Assembly (NCBI GenBank): GCA_965206705.1 | Contig: CBDBKJ010000006.1 | Location: 3,286,946-3,350,945 of the forward strand | Length of the DNA stretch: 64,000 nucleotides | From: Vicinamibacterales bacterium | GTDB lineage: Bacteria > Acidobacteriota > Vicinamibacteria > Vicinamibacterales > UBA8438 | Direction: 5' to 3' | Shown here: one piece after another, positions 54,127-63,345 of the stretch | Numbering within the stretch: the stretch's first letter is position 1 | Layout: each line of letters opens with the position of its first letter | The notes under the pieces: model-generated | What the model saw: only the letters and a program-made list of their open reading frames with translations | What the model was told of the DNA's origin: nothing | Database searches by the model: none | Made by a program: the position numbers and the translations under genes

Positions 54127-54723
54127 CTACTGGTCGCGCCGTCTCGATTGGGGGGGGGCCGGGACTATCTGTATGATGGTCCGGAACCGGGCGGGCTCGC
54201 CGCCGGCCGGGTTGAGGTACCCCTCCGAGCCGTTCCACGCATAGTCCTTGATCGTCACGCTCGGGGGAAAGGCCATCTCCCGTTCCCGAAAGCGTCCGAC
54301 CTCGAAGACATGGGTCGCGGGGGCGTCGAACACCCGGTTCCCGCGCTCGCGGAGGACGTTGCGATAGTAGCGCACCATCGCCTCGAAATCGGAGTTGGCG
54401 CCGAAGAGGTAGTATCGTTGCTGGCGTCCCGCGTCGTACGAGGTGATGAACTGTGCTGCGGGGTAGATGGGGAATCCCAGCATCTCGGCAGTGGGCGCCT
54501 CGGTCGGGCCGGCCGGGGCGGTCGCCGCCGGTGCGGCCGCCGCCGGGGTCGGGCTCGCCACGGGCGGCCGCACCTCGCCGCGGTCCGGCTCGGACTGGCC
54601 CGGCCGGGGGAACGGCCGGGGCACCGGCCGGCGTTGCGGCTCGCCGGCGGCCGCCGCGTCGAAGGCCGGCGACGCCGCCATCAGGGACACGAGACAGCCT
54701 CCGATGATCGTGCGGACGCGCAT
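54127..54723 (-). CDS. hypothetical secreted protein
   Basis: 198 aa from the ATG at 54723, with a signal peptide (MRVRTIIGGCLVSLMAASPAFDAAAA), a Pro/Ala-rich linker and a globular C-terminus. No family was recognised. Confidence 0.6.
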   Translation of the reverse strand: MRVRTIIGGCLVSLMAASPAFDAAAAGEPQRRPVPRPFPRPGQSEPDRGEVRPPVASPTPAAAAPAATAPAGPTEAPTAEMLGFPIYPAAQFITSYDAGRQQRYYLFGANSDFEAMVRYYRNVLRERGNRVFDAPATHVFEVGRFREREMAFPPSVTIKDYAWNGSEGYLNPAGGEPARFRTIIQIVPAPPQSRRRDQ

Positions 54724-54967
54724 GCCGACATTATGCGGTGCCGGTGGCTGCCGTGCAACCCGGCCGCGGGCGGCGGCAGCCCCCGCCGCGATCGAGGCGA
54801 GCGGCACCTCGCCTGACCGTGTCGTTCCCCCGATTGCCGGCGACGGTTCGGCGCCGCCTCGCGTCTCGTCGGACGGCGCCGCTCCATCCCGCGGGTCTCG
54901 CCGCGGAATGTGAACCGGGCCGGCGGGAACGCCCGGGATTCGACCGAATCGACTACGATGGACCGAG

Positions 54968-56170
54968 ATGACCACTGGACTTGACGCCTCACGCACCGCG
55001 GCCGAGCCGGAACTGATCGCCTTCTGCGAATCCCGGCGCGAATGGGTTCTCGAGACCACGCTGGCCCTGGCGCGACTGGAGTCGCCCACGAGCGACAAGG
55101 CGGCGGTCGACGGCTGCGGCCGCGAGCTGCAGCAACGCATGGAGGCGCTCGGCGGAACCGTCACCCGGCTGGCGCAGGCGCAGGCCGGCGACCATCTCCG
55201 GGCCGAGTTCGGGAGCGGCGAGAGTCAGGTGCTGCTGGTCGGCCATTTCGATACGGTGTGGCCGGTCGGACAGTTGGAGCGCATGCCCCTGGAGTTCCGC
55301 GACGGCTGCCTGTTCGGACCCGGGGTCTTCGACATGAAGGCGGGCATCGCGGTGGGCCTGCTGGCGGCCCGCGCGCTGCTGGAGACTTCGCCGTCCGCGG
55401 GCCGCATCGTCATGCTCTGGACGTCGGACGAAGAACGCCGCAGCAGGACCTCGCGCGTCCTGATCGAGGAGGAAGCGCGCCGGAGCCGGGCCGCCTTCGT
55501 GCTCGAGCCGGGCTTGGCCGGCGGGGGCGTGAAGACGGCGCGCAAGGGGTGCGGCGAGTTTCGGCTCGCGGTGCAGGGCATCGCCGCCCACGCCGGGGTC
55601 GAGCCCGACAAGGGAGCGAGCGCGGTCCACGAGCTGGCGGCCCAGATCGTCGACTTGCAGCGGGTGCGCGACCTCGCCCCGGAAGTGTCGCTGAACGTCG
55701 GCATGATGACCGGCGGCACCCTTCCCAACGTCGTGGCGGAAGAGGCCCACGCGGTCGTCGATACGCGGGTGGCGGCGGTGGCGGACATGGCCCGGGTGAT
55801 CGACTTCGTCCGGAACCGCACCCCCACCGTCCCCGGGACCCGCATCGAGGTGACCGGCGGGTTCGACCGCCCGCCGCTGGAACGAACCGCGGCGGTGGCG
55901 CGTCTCTATGAGAGAGCGCGCACGATTGCCGGCCGGCTGGGACACGACCTGCAGGAGGGCGCGACCGGCGGGGGATCCGACGGCAACTTCACGGCGGCCG
56001 TCGGCACCCCCACCCTGGACGGGCTCGGGGCGGTCGGCGCCGGCCCCCACGCCCTGCACGAGCATATAGAGGTCGCTTCGCTGCCGTGGCGGGCGGCGTT
56101 GGTGGCGGCGCTGGCGGCCGACGTTCTGGGCGGCCCGGGCCTCGCCGGGCCGGACGCCGCGGTGCAATGA
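54968..56170 (+). CDS. M20-family metallopeptidase (carboxypeptidase G2 / deacylase-like)
   Basis: 400 aa with the motifs GHFDTVWP, GVFDMKAG, SDEERRS and GGSDGNF. Confidence 0.85.
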   Translation: MTTGLDASRTAAEPELIAFCESRREWVLETTLALARLESPTSDKAAVDGCGRELQQRMEALGGTVTRLAQAQAGDHLRAEFGSGESQVLLVGHFDTVWPVGQLERMPLEFRDGCLFGPGVFDMKAGIAVGLLAARALLETSPSAGRIVMLWTSDEERRSRTSRVLIEEEARRSRAAFVLEPGLAGGGVKTARKGCGEFRLAVQGIAAHAGVEPDKGASAVHELAAQIVDLQRVRDLAPEVSLNVGMMTGGTLPNVVAEEAHAVVDTRVAAVADMARVIDFVRNRTPTVPGTRIEVTGGFDRPPLERTAAVARLYERARTIAGRLGHDLQEGATGGGSDGNFTAAVGTPTLDGLGAVGAGPHALHEHIEVASLPWRAALVAALAADVLGGPGLAGPDAAVQ

Positions 56171-56195
56171 AGAAGAAGAGGGAGAGCTGCAACCC

Positions 56196-57032
56196 ATGGG
56201 CAACTCGGTGAAGACGGTCCTGCTGCTGGGGCTCTTGAGCGGGCTCCTGCTCGTGATCGGCGAGCTGCTGGGCGGTCAGGCCGGCCTGCTGTTCGCGTTC
56301 GTCATCGCGGTCGCGATGAACTTCGGCTCCTACTGGTTCTCGGACAAGATCGTGCTGCGCATGTACCGGGCCGAGCAGGTGGGGCCCGAGCATCCGCTGC
56401 ACCAGATGACCGAGCATCTGGCGAGCCGGGCGGGCCTGCCCACCCCGAAGGTCTACGTGATTCCCGACGACTCGCCGAACGCGTTCGCGACGGGGCGGAA
56501 CCCGCGGCATGCCGCGGTGGCGGCGACCCGCGGCATCCTGCGGATGCTCGATCGGGACGAGCTCGAGGGGGTCATCGCCCACGAGCTGGCCCACGTGAAG
56601 CACCGCGACATCCTGATCGGCTCGGTCGCCGCGACCATCGCCGCGACGGTCATGATGGTCGCCCGCATGGCGCAGTTCGCGGCGCTGTTCGGGGGGCTGG
56701 GGGACCGGGACGACCGGGACAGCAATCCCATCGCCCTGCTCGCGACCATCATCGTCGCGCCGCTCGCAGCCATCCTGATCCAGTCGGCGATCTCCCGTTC
56801 GCGGGAGTTCGCGGCCGACCGGGGCGCCGCCAGCATCGTGGGGAGTCCGCACGGGCTCGTCCGGGCCCTGCGCAAGATCGACGCGGGCTCGCGGCGGGTG
56901 CCCCTCGACTCCAGCCCCGCCACCGCGCACATGTTCATCGTCAAGCCGTTTTCCCGCGCCGGGGTGATGTCCCTGTTCAGCACCCATCCGCCGACCGAAA
57001 AACGGGTCGAGCGCCTGCTGCAGCCGCGGTAG
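56196..57032 (+). CDS. htpX: zinc metalloprotease HtpX (M48 family)
   Basis: 278 aa with N-terminal TM segments, the motifs NAFATG and HELAHVKHRD (HExxH), and a C-terminal STHPPTEKR. Confidence 0.93.
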   Translation: MGNSVKTVLLLGLLSGLLLVIGELLGGQAGLLFAFVIAVAMNFGSYWFSDKIVLRMYRAEQVGPEHPLHQMTEHLASRAGLPTPKVYVIPDDSPNAFATGRNPRHAAVAATRGILRMLDRDELEGVIAHELAHVKHRDILIGSVAATIAATVMMVARMAQFAALFGGLGDRDDRDSNPIALLATIIVAPLAAILIQSAISRSREFAADRGAASIVGSPHGLVRALRKIDAGSRRVPLDSSPATAHMFIVKPFSRAGVMSLFSTHPPTEKRVERLLQPR

Positions 57033-57198
57033 CCCGGAAATCGTCGCCTGCGGCTCCGCTTCCCGCCCAACCAACCCTCCAGGAGTCCGCGCCGTGCTGC
57101 GGCGCCGACTCCTGCCCCGGAAATCGTCGCCTGCGGCTCCGCTTCCCGCCCAACCAACCCTCCAGGAGTCCGCGCCGTGCTGCGGCGCCGACGCCTGC
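57033..57198 (+). repeat. family B: direct tandem repeat, 2 x 83 bp, one mismatch
   Basis: Unit 1 is 57033-57115 and unit 2 is 57116-57198. They are identical except t/g at gccgacTcctgc versus gccgacGcctgc. Each unit contains the hairpin GGAGTCCGCGCCG-tgctg-CGGCGCCGACTCC. The repeat fills the htpX/radical-SAM convergent spacer. Confidence 0.92.
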
Positions 57199-57208
57199 CC
57201 GGCGCCCC

Positions 57209-58279
57209 TCAGAGCAGGCTCGGTTGCCGGGCCGGGGTCTCGGGCGCGCGCGGAGCCTCCGGCTTCGGGGCGGCGCGCCGCCCCGGCAGGCGGTGCCGCC
57301 GCCGCATCAGCTCCAGCACCTGGTGCACCTGGTCGCGGTAGCGCCGGGGCGCGTACTTCCCGGCGTACAGCCGATCGATACGGGGGGCGAGCTCGGGGAA
57401 CTCGCGGTCCAGGAACCGCAGGAAGTGCTCGCGGGTTCCCCCTTCGAGGTGCAGGACGACGGCGCCGCAGAATCGGGCCCCGTGGTCGGCGATGGCCTTG
57501 ACGGTCCGCTCGATCTTCGCGGGATGCGAGGTCAGCCCCGGCACGATCGGCGCCACCAGCACCCCGGCTTCGATGCCCGCGTCGGTCAGCGCCCGCACCG
57601 CCCGCAGCCGTTGCAGGGGGTGGGCGGTGCCCGGCTCCAGGGCGGTCCACGCGTCCTCGTCGACGGTCGGCACGCTCACGTGCACGGTACAGTCCGTCCG
57701 TTTCGAGAGCTCCCGCAGCAGGTCGGCGTCGCGCACGACCATCGGTCCCTTCGTGATCAGGCCGACCGGCGACGGGTGCTCGACCAGGGTCTCCAGCACC
57801 CGCCGGCTGAGGCGGTAGCGGCCCTCGATCGGCTGGTACGGATCGGTGGCGGTGCCGAATCCGATCAGCTCGCGGCGCCGCCCCGGGCGGCCGAGCTCCC
57901 GCCGCAGCACGTCCGCGAAGTTCACCTTGACGAGGATGACCGACGCGAACTCGTCGCCGGCGCCGAGCTCCAGGTGGGGATGGTACCGCCGTGCGAAGCA
58001 GTAGTGGCAGCCGTGGGTGCAGCCGCGGTACGGATTCAGCGTCCATCCGAACGGCATGCCCCGCACCCGGTTCAGGGCCGACCGGCAGGTGACCTCCTGG
58101 TAGCGCGCATCGTCGGCCCGGCGGACCGCGGCGGGCAGAGCGGCGGGGCGGGACGGGTCGCCGGCCCGGCCCTCCCGAACGAGGTCCGCGACCTGACGCG
58201 TCGTCGGCCGGAAGGGCGTCAGGTCGAACAGGGCCGGGTCGCCGCCGCCATCCGGTATATTCGATTTTTGTTCGCCCAT
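57209..58279 (-). CDS. radical SAM protein (COG1533 SplB-like / Rv2578c-type)
   Basis: 356 aa from the ATG at 58279. It has the CxxxCxxC motif in NPYRGCTHGCHYCFAR. The longer ORF-track N-terminus is rejected. Confidence 0.85.
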   Translation of the reverse strand: MGEQKSNIPDGGGDPALFDLTPFRPTTRQVADLVREGRAGDPSRPAALPAAVRRADDARYQEVTCRSALNRVRGMPFGWTLNPYRGCTHGCHYCFARRYHPHLELGAGDEFASVILVKVNFADVLRRELGRPGRRRELIGFGTATDPYQPIEGRYRLSRRVLETLVEHPSPVGLITKGPMVVRDADLLRELSKRTDCTVHVSVPTVDEDAWTALEPGTAHPLQRLRAVRALTDAGIEAGVLVAPIVPGLTSHPAKIERTVKAIADHGARFCGAVVLHLEGGTREHFLRFLDREFPELAPRIDRLYAGKYAPRRYRDQVHQVLELMRRRHRLPGRRAAPKPEAPRAPETPARQPSLL

Positions 58280-58311
58280 CAGCGCATGGTGCACCGGGCG
58301 GGTCGCGCGGG

Positions 58312-59520
58312 TCAAGGGGCAAGTGGCGGGGGTGCGCCGGCGACGACCCCGCGCCAATAGCCGAGCAGGTCGGACAGGGTCTCCGCCAGGGGGCGCCGGG
58401 GCGACCAGCCCAGCTCTCCGGCGATGCGCGACGGATCGCCGAGGAGCACCGGGTTGTCGCCGGGCCGCGCGCGAGCCGGGTCCTGCCGGACCGCGATGGG
58501 CACCTTGACCAGCGCCAGCAGGCGCGGGTCGAGTGGCGGGGGTGCGCCGGCGACGACCCCGCGCCAATAGCCGAGCAGGTCGGACAGGGTCTCCGCCAGG
58601 GGGCGCCGGGGCGACCAGCCCAGCTCTCCGGCGATGCGCGACGGATCGCCGAGGAGCACCGGGTTGTCGCCGGGCCGCGCGCGAGCCGGGTCCTGCCGGA
58701 CCGCGATGGGCACCTTGACCAGCGCCAGCAGGGCGTCGAGGACGTCGCCGATGCGGTGGGCGGCGCCCGAGCACACGTTGTACGGCCGGCCCGGCGTCCC
58801 CAGGGTCATCAGCATCTGGTAGGCCCGCACGGTGTCGCGCACGTCCGTCAGGTCCCGGCGCGCCTCGAGGTTTCCGACCGACAGGACCGGCTCGGCGCGC
58901 CCCGCTTCGATGCGGGCAATCTGCTCGGCGAAGCTCGAGGCGGCGTACGCGAGGGCCTGCCCCGGACCGATATGGGTGAAGGACCGGGTCAGGACCACCG
59001 CCAGATCGCCCCGCCGGACCGCCGCGAGTCCCAGCCGCTCCTGCGCGAGCTTGCTCAGCCCGTAGGGGCTGACGGGGTCCAGCGGTGCGGTCTCGACGAG
59101 GGCGGCGGTCGAGGGCCGGTACACGAGCGCCGATCCCGGAATCAGGACCCGGGGGGTGGTCGGCAGGCTCCCGAGCGCCGCCAGGAGGTGCTCGGTGCCC
59201 AGCACGTTCCCCTGCAGGGTCGCCTGCCGGTCGGACCACGAGCCCTTCACGTTCGCGACCCCCGCACAGTGGTACACCTGGGTCGGCGGCCACTCCGCTA
59301 TCGCCCGCCGCACCGACCGGCCGTCGAGCAGGTCGACCTCCCGCCAGACCGCGGCCCCCTCGGGAACCGGCCGGGGCGGCGCCGCTCCGGCGGGAGCGCG
59401 GGCCTTCCGCGGGCGCCGCCACGCCAGCAGCGCGTCTTCCGGCGCGGTGCGGTGAAGCAGCGTCAGCAGATGGCTGCCGGCGAAGCCGGCCGCGCCGGTG
59501 ACGAGGATGGTGTCGGCCAA
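58312..59520 (-). CDS. NAD-dependent epimerase/dehydratase-family protein (GDP-sugar reductase-like) with a duplicated C-terminal 70 aa
   Basis: It has the Rossmann motif VTGAAGFAGSHL and the catalytic motif YGLSK. The C-terminal segment LALVKVPIAVRQDP...VAGAPPPL occurs twice, back to back. Confidence 0.88.
   Translation of the reverse strand: MADTILVTGAAGFAGSHLLTLLHRTAPEDALLAWRRPRKARAPAGAAPPRPVPEGAAVWREVDLLDGRSVRRAIAEWPPTQVYHCAGVANVKGSWSDRQATLQGNVLGTEHLLAALGSLPTTPRVLIPGSALVYRPSTAALVETAPLDPVSPYGLSKLAQERLGLAAVRRGDLAVVLTRSFTHIGPGQALAYAASSFAEQIARIEAGRAEPVLSVGNLEARRDLTDVRDTVRAYQMLMTLGTPGRPYNVCSGAAHRIGDVLDALLALVKVPIAVRQDPARARPGDNPVLLGDPSRIAGELGWSPRRPLAETLSDLLGYWRGVVAGAPPPLDPRLLALVKVPIAVRQDPARARPGDNPVLLGDPSRIAGELGWSPRRPLAETLSDLLGYWRGVVAGAPPPLAP
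58322..58741. repeat. 210-bp direct tandem duplication (201 bp identical) inside the 3' end of the epimerase CDS
   Basis: 58322-58522 is identical to 58532-58732, checked line by line. The ORF track also shows identical 61-aa ORFs at 58323-58508 and 58533-58718. The period of 210 is a multiple of 3. Confidence 0.92.
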
Positions 59521-59533
59521 GGTGGAGGACCGT

Positions 59534-59578
59534 TCTCCGGCGCAGACGCCTGGGAGCCGCGCGACCGTAAGGTCGCGC
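59534..59578 (-). repeat. family A mosaic: flank-like motif plus hairpin-1 module (GCGCGACC-gtaa-GGTCGCGC)
   Basis: The reverse complement of 59559-59578 is gcgcgaccttacggtcgcgc, the same sequence as hairpin 1 of copy B. The preceding tctccggcgcagacgcctgg resembles the family A right flank. Confidence 0.45.
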
Positions 59579-59589
59579 TGTCGCGCTAG

Positions 59590-61872
59590 CTAGTACTGCC
59601 GCGCTCCCGTTCCCGGCCCGAAGGCGCCCAGCAGGTTCGCGAACGTGCCGAGCCCGGCCAGCGTGAACGAGACGTTGAGACGCCGATCGGCCGCCGCGCG
59701 CGTCCGGAACCCCAGGTTGGCCAGATTGTACGTCTGGTACTCGATGCTGAACCCGCAGCACTGCGCGTTGTAGTAGGCGAGTATCCGCTGCTGCACCATG
59801 CGCTGGAGATGCACGTCGTAGTTGAACTGGTAGACGCCTCCCCACTTGTTGTCGCTCGCCCGGAAGTTGGTGAACGAGTTGAGGGTGTGGTCGAGGAAGT
59901 CCCGGTTGTCGAAGCCCGACAGCCCCTCGATGAACCGGCGCTGGCTCCAGCCTGTGCGCTGGTTCAGCCGGTCGCTAAACGCGATGTCGGCGTCGGCCCG
60001 GATGGTCCGAAGGGCCATGAAGTGGGTGTCGTACTCGGCCCGCAGCGATCCGTTCATGCCGTCGGTGATGGCGGCGCGCACCGTCAGGGCGAGCGGCGAC
60101 AGGTTGCTCGGCGCCGTCTGCTGGAAGCTGGTCAGGAACTGCTGGTCGAACTGCGAGGCCCGCGCGTCGGTGTAGTAGGTCTGCTCGGCGGTGATCGTCA
60201 GGAACTCCTGCGCCCCGCTCTCCCCCCCGCTTGCGTAGAACCGGTTGTCGACCCCGTAGCGCAACCTCGTGGTGTTGCCCACGATCGAGTCGGTGCTGTC
60301 GATCCTGACGATCTGGTCGAAGTTGTCGACCGCGGTGGTGCGTTCCACCGAGATCCGCGGCTCGATCACGTGCTTCATCCGCTCCGAGTAGCCGGTGTTC
60401 GGCGTGTCCCAGATCTTGACGAAGACGGGGCCGGTGATCTCGGTCCCCAGCTCGAACATCGACCGCGAGACGGGAAAGCCGAGCTGCTCCATCGTCTCCA
60501 CGTCGATGCTCTCCCGCCAGTGGGTCCGGCGGTAGGCGACCGACGAGTTGAACGTCAGGAACGGCCAGCGGGTGAACGGCACGCGGACCAGCGGACCGAC
60601 GTCGAAGCGGGTCAGCCCCGAGTCGGTCACGCTATCGCCGCGGCTCTGCGATTGGAGCAGGTTGGCGTACTCGCTGCTGAAGCCGTAGTAGACGGGCAGG
60701 GTCCCGATCTGCCGCTCCGACTGGCTGAACGAGACGCGCGGTCCCGCCCCGTGGAGCGACGAGTCGTCCAGCCCGAAGAACGTCTCCCTGAAATCGGCGG
60801 TCCCGTTCAGGGTGTACGCGTTCCACGAGCCGGTCACGTTGCCGCCGAACGTGCGCGAGCTGTTGGTCGCCTGGAAGATGTCTCTCTGATACGTCTGCTG
60901 CACCTCGATGTCCGAGAAGTAGTCGACGTTGCCCCGGGCCTGGATCGCTTCCGTGAGGGAGTGCTGCAAGTTGCCGCGCATCCGGAAGCTGCGGCGGGCC
61001 GGCAGGGTCGCGTCGCCGCCGCGGAACGGGTCGGGCTGCTCGCTTTCTTTCAGCAGGTACGCCTCGGCGTCGCCCCGCGAGCTCTGGCCGAGCACGTAGC
61101 GGTACTCGCCCCCCATACCCTGGCCGGTCGTCGTGAGCCAGTCGTGGAAGACGGTGGCGTCGTGGCTGCGATTGATGGCCCAGAAGAACGCGCTGCTGAT
61201 CGACGAGCCCTGGACCGTCGAAGCGCCGTAGGTCGGCATCAGGAACCCCGTGGCCCGGTCGTCTTCCTGGATCGGGTAGTACATCCACGGCAGATAGAAG
61301 AGGGGGACGCCCTTTACCAGCAGGAGCATGTTACGCAACCGGGCGTATTCGCTCAGGTCGATCACGGCCGAGCTGGTCCGCACCTCCCACCGCGGCGTCG
61401 GCTGGATGCACGCGGTGAAGCCCCCGTCGGTGAGACGGTAGCTGCGTGGCCCCAGCTTCTCGATGAGCGCTCCCCAGAACCGCATCTCCGCTTCCTGGGT
61501 TCCGAACATGCTCAGCTCGACGTCCTCGACCAGCTCGGTCGAGCCCGACGCGTTGTAGAACGTCCCGGTCCCCTCCTCGTAGTGGAACTCCGCCCGATCG
61601 GCGGCCACCCGGCCGGACTCTCCCGCGAACACGACGTTGCCGGTGGCCACGAGCAGGGATTCATCCGTGTAGATGTTCGCTTCGTCGGCGTGGAACCGCC
61701 AGCTCCCGCCCGGGCCGTCGATCTCGACCTCACCGGTCAGAAGCAGATGATTGGGCGCGATCTGCTCGAGCTGGAACTGCCGCGACCCGTCGATGCCGGT
61801 GGGAAGATCCTGCGCACGGACGACGCCGGCGGTCACGAGGCTCGCGAAGGCGAAGCAGAGCAGGCGGTTCAT
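59590..61872 (-). CDS. lptD: LPS-assembly protein LptD (OstA family)
   Basis: 760 aa with a signal peptide, an N-terminal OstA/LptA-like fold (LLTGEVEIDG...ATGNVVFAGESGRVAADRAEF) and a large beta-barrel ending in an aromatic residue. Confidence 0.85.
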   Translation of the reverse strand: MNRLLCFAFASLVTAGVVRAQDLPTGIDGSRQFQLEQIAPNHLLLTGEVEIDGPGGSWRFHADEANIYTDESLLVATGNVVFAGESGRVAADRAEFHYEEGTGTFYNASGSTELVEDVELSMFGTQEAEMRFWGALIEKLGPRSYRLTDGGFTACIQPTPRWEVRTSSAVIDLSEYARLRNMLLLVKGVPLFYLPWMYYPIQEDDRATGFLMPTYGASTVQGSSISSAFFWAINRSHDATVFHDWLTTTGQGMGGEYRYVLGQSSRGDAEAYLLKESEQPDPFRGGDATLPARRSFRMRGNLQHSLTEAIQARGNVDYFSDIEVQQTYQRDIFQATNSSRTFGGNVTGSWNAYTLNGTADFRETFFGLDDSSLHGAGPRVSFSQSERQIGTLPVYYGFSSEYANLLQSQSRGDSVTDSGLTRFDVGPLVRVPFTRWPFLTFNSSVAYRRTHWRESIDVETMEQLGFPVSRSMFELGTEITGPVFVKIWDTPNTGYSERMKHVIEPRISVERTTAVDNFDQIVRIDSTDSIVGNTTRLRYGVDNRFYASGGESGAQEFLTITAEQTYYTDARASQFDQQFLTSFQQTAPSNLSPLALTVRAAITDGMNGSLRAEYDTHFMALRTIRADADIAFSDRLNQRTGWSQRRFIEGLSGFDNRDFLDHTLNSFTNFRASDNKWGGVYQFNYDVHLQRMVQQRILAYYNAQCCGFSIEYQTYNLANLGFRTRAAADRRLNVSFTLAGLGTFANLLGAFGPGTGARQY

Positions 61873-61951
61873 GGAGGGGGCAGGTGCGGAACGACCCGCG
61901 GCGGCCCGGGCTCGCGCGCGAGACCGAGCCCGATCCGAAGAATACCATGCA

Positions 61952-61985
61952 GGGGTTTCGCTGGCGCGAAACTCCTATGGCGCCC
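61952..61985 (+). repeat. family A repeat, copy E (hairpin 2 plus right flank only)
   Basis: Sequence: GGGGTTTCGC-tggc-GCGAAACTCC tatggcgcc. The folC stop codon (61975-61977) lies at the hairpin edge. Confidence 0.6.
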
Positions 61986-63345
61986 GCCGTTGGCGGAGGG
62001 CCGCGAGCAGTTCGCCGACGAGGAAGATGGAGCCAGTTGCGCAGACGGTGTCTGCGGTGTTCCACGCGGTTTCCAACGCGCGCCGGGGGTCGTCCTCGAC
62101 GGTGACCGCAAGCGCCGGCGCCCGCCGGCGCACGCGATCCGCCAGGGCGCGGGCCGGGGTCGCCCGCGGGTTGCCCGGCGCGGTGCAGACGATGCGGCTG
62201 GCGCAGGGGACGAGGTGGTCGATGATGCCGTCGGCGTCCTTGTCGCGCATGACCGCGCACACGATGGGCAGGCGGTCGGGAAACGCGTCCCGCAGGTGGC
62301 GGGCGAGCGCCGCCGCCGCCGCCGGGTTGTGGGCGGCGTCGAGCAGGACCGCGCCGCGGCCGGGCACGCGGACGAGGTCGAGACGCCCCGGCCACGCCAC
62401 GTCGGAGAGCCCGCGGACGATGGCGTCGGCCCCGACGGGCATGCCGGCATCGGCCAGCCCTTCCAGCAGGCGGATCGCCCCGGCCGCGTTCGACCGCTGA
62501 TGGGCGCCGGCGAGACCCGGGCGGAACGCCGGATAGCGGCGGTTCGGGGTGGCGACCTCGATGCGGGGCCCGGCGGGGTCCGGCCGCACGGTGACCGCGG
62601 TGTCCTCCCCGGCCCTGACGAGCTGCGCACCGCGCCGCCGGCAGGCATCCTCGAAGACGGCCAGCGCCGCCGGCGCCGTCTCCGTGGTGACGACGACCAT
62701 GCCCGGCTTGATGACCCCCGCCTTCTCGGCCGCGATGGCCTCGATGGTGTCGCCGAGATGCGCCTGGTGGTCGAGACCGATGGACGTGATGACCCCCGCC
62801 ACCGGCGTGACCACGTTGGTGGCGTCGAGCCGTCCCCCGAGACCGACCTCGACCACCGCGACGTCGATCCCCGCGCGGCGGAACCACGACAGCGCGATCG
62901 CCGTGGCAGCCTCGAAGAACGTCGGAGGGTGGGTCAACCCGCCCGCGCGCAGCAGGGCCTCGGCATGCCGGAAGAGCCGGGCTGCCTCCTCGCGCAGCGC
63001 CGGCTCGCCGATCGCGGCGCCGTCGACGACGAAACGCTCGGTGATCGACGTCAGGTGGGGCGAGGTGTACCGGCCGGCGCGGTACCCGCCGGCGCGCAGG
63101 GCGCTGTCCACCATCGCCGCCACCGAGCCCTTGCCGTTGGTGCCGGCCACGATAATCGAGGGATAGGCGGCCTGGGGGTCGCCCATCGCCGCCGTCAGCC
63201 GGCGGATGGTCTGCAGCCCCGGTCTCATGCCGAAGCGCTCGAGCCCGAACAGCCGCTCCAGCGGATCGGCTGGCCGCTCGCGGCGCGGCGGCGGGCGGCC
63301 GGGAGCCTCGCGGGGGTGGTGGTCGAACCGATCGTCCGGCTGCAT
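61975..63345 (-). CDS. folC: bifunctional folylpolyglutamate synthase / dihydrofolate synthase
   Basis: 456-aa Mur-ligase-family protein with the P-loop VAGTNGKGS and the motif LDAAHNPAAA. Confidence 0.9.
   Translation of the reverse strand: MQPDDRFDHHPREAPGRPPPRRERPADPLERLFGLERFGMRPGLQTIRRLTAAMGDPQAAYPSIIVAGTNGKGSVAAMVDSALRAGGYRAGRYTSPHLTSITERFVVDGAAIGEPALREEAARLFRHAEALLRAGGLTHPPTFFEAATAIALSWFRRAGIDVAVVEVGLGGRLDATNVVTPVAGVITSIGLDHQAHLGDTIEAIAAEKAGVIKPGMVVVTTETAPAALAVFEDACRRRGAQLVRAGEDTAVTVRPDPAGPRIEVATPNRRYPAFRPGLAGAHQRSNAAGAIRLLEGLADAGMPVGADAIVRGLSDVAWPGRLDLVRVPGRGAVLLDAAHNPAAAAALARHLRDAFPDRLPIVCAVMRDKDADGIIDHLVPCASRIVCTAPGNPRATPARALADRVRRRAPALAVTVEDDPRRALETAWNTADTVCATGSIFLVGELLAALRQRRAP

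Noticed and set aside
57033-57198. The tandem repeats as a CRISPR array.
   Set aside because: There are only two directly abutting 83-bp units with no spacers and no cas genes. The 210-bp tandem at 58322-58741 is inside a CDS.
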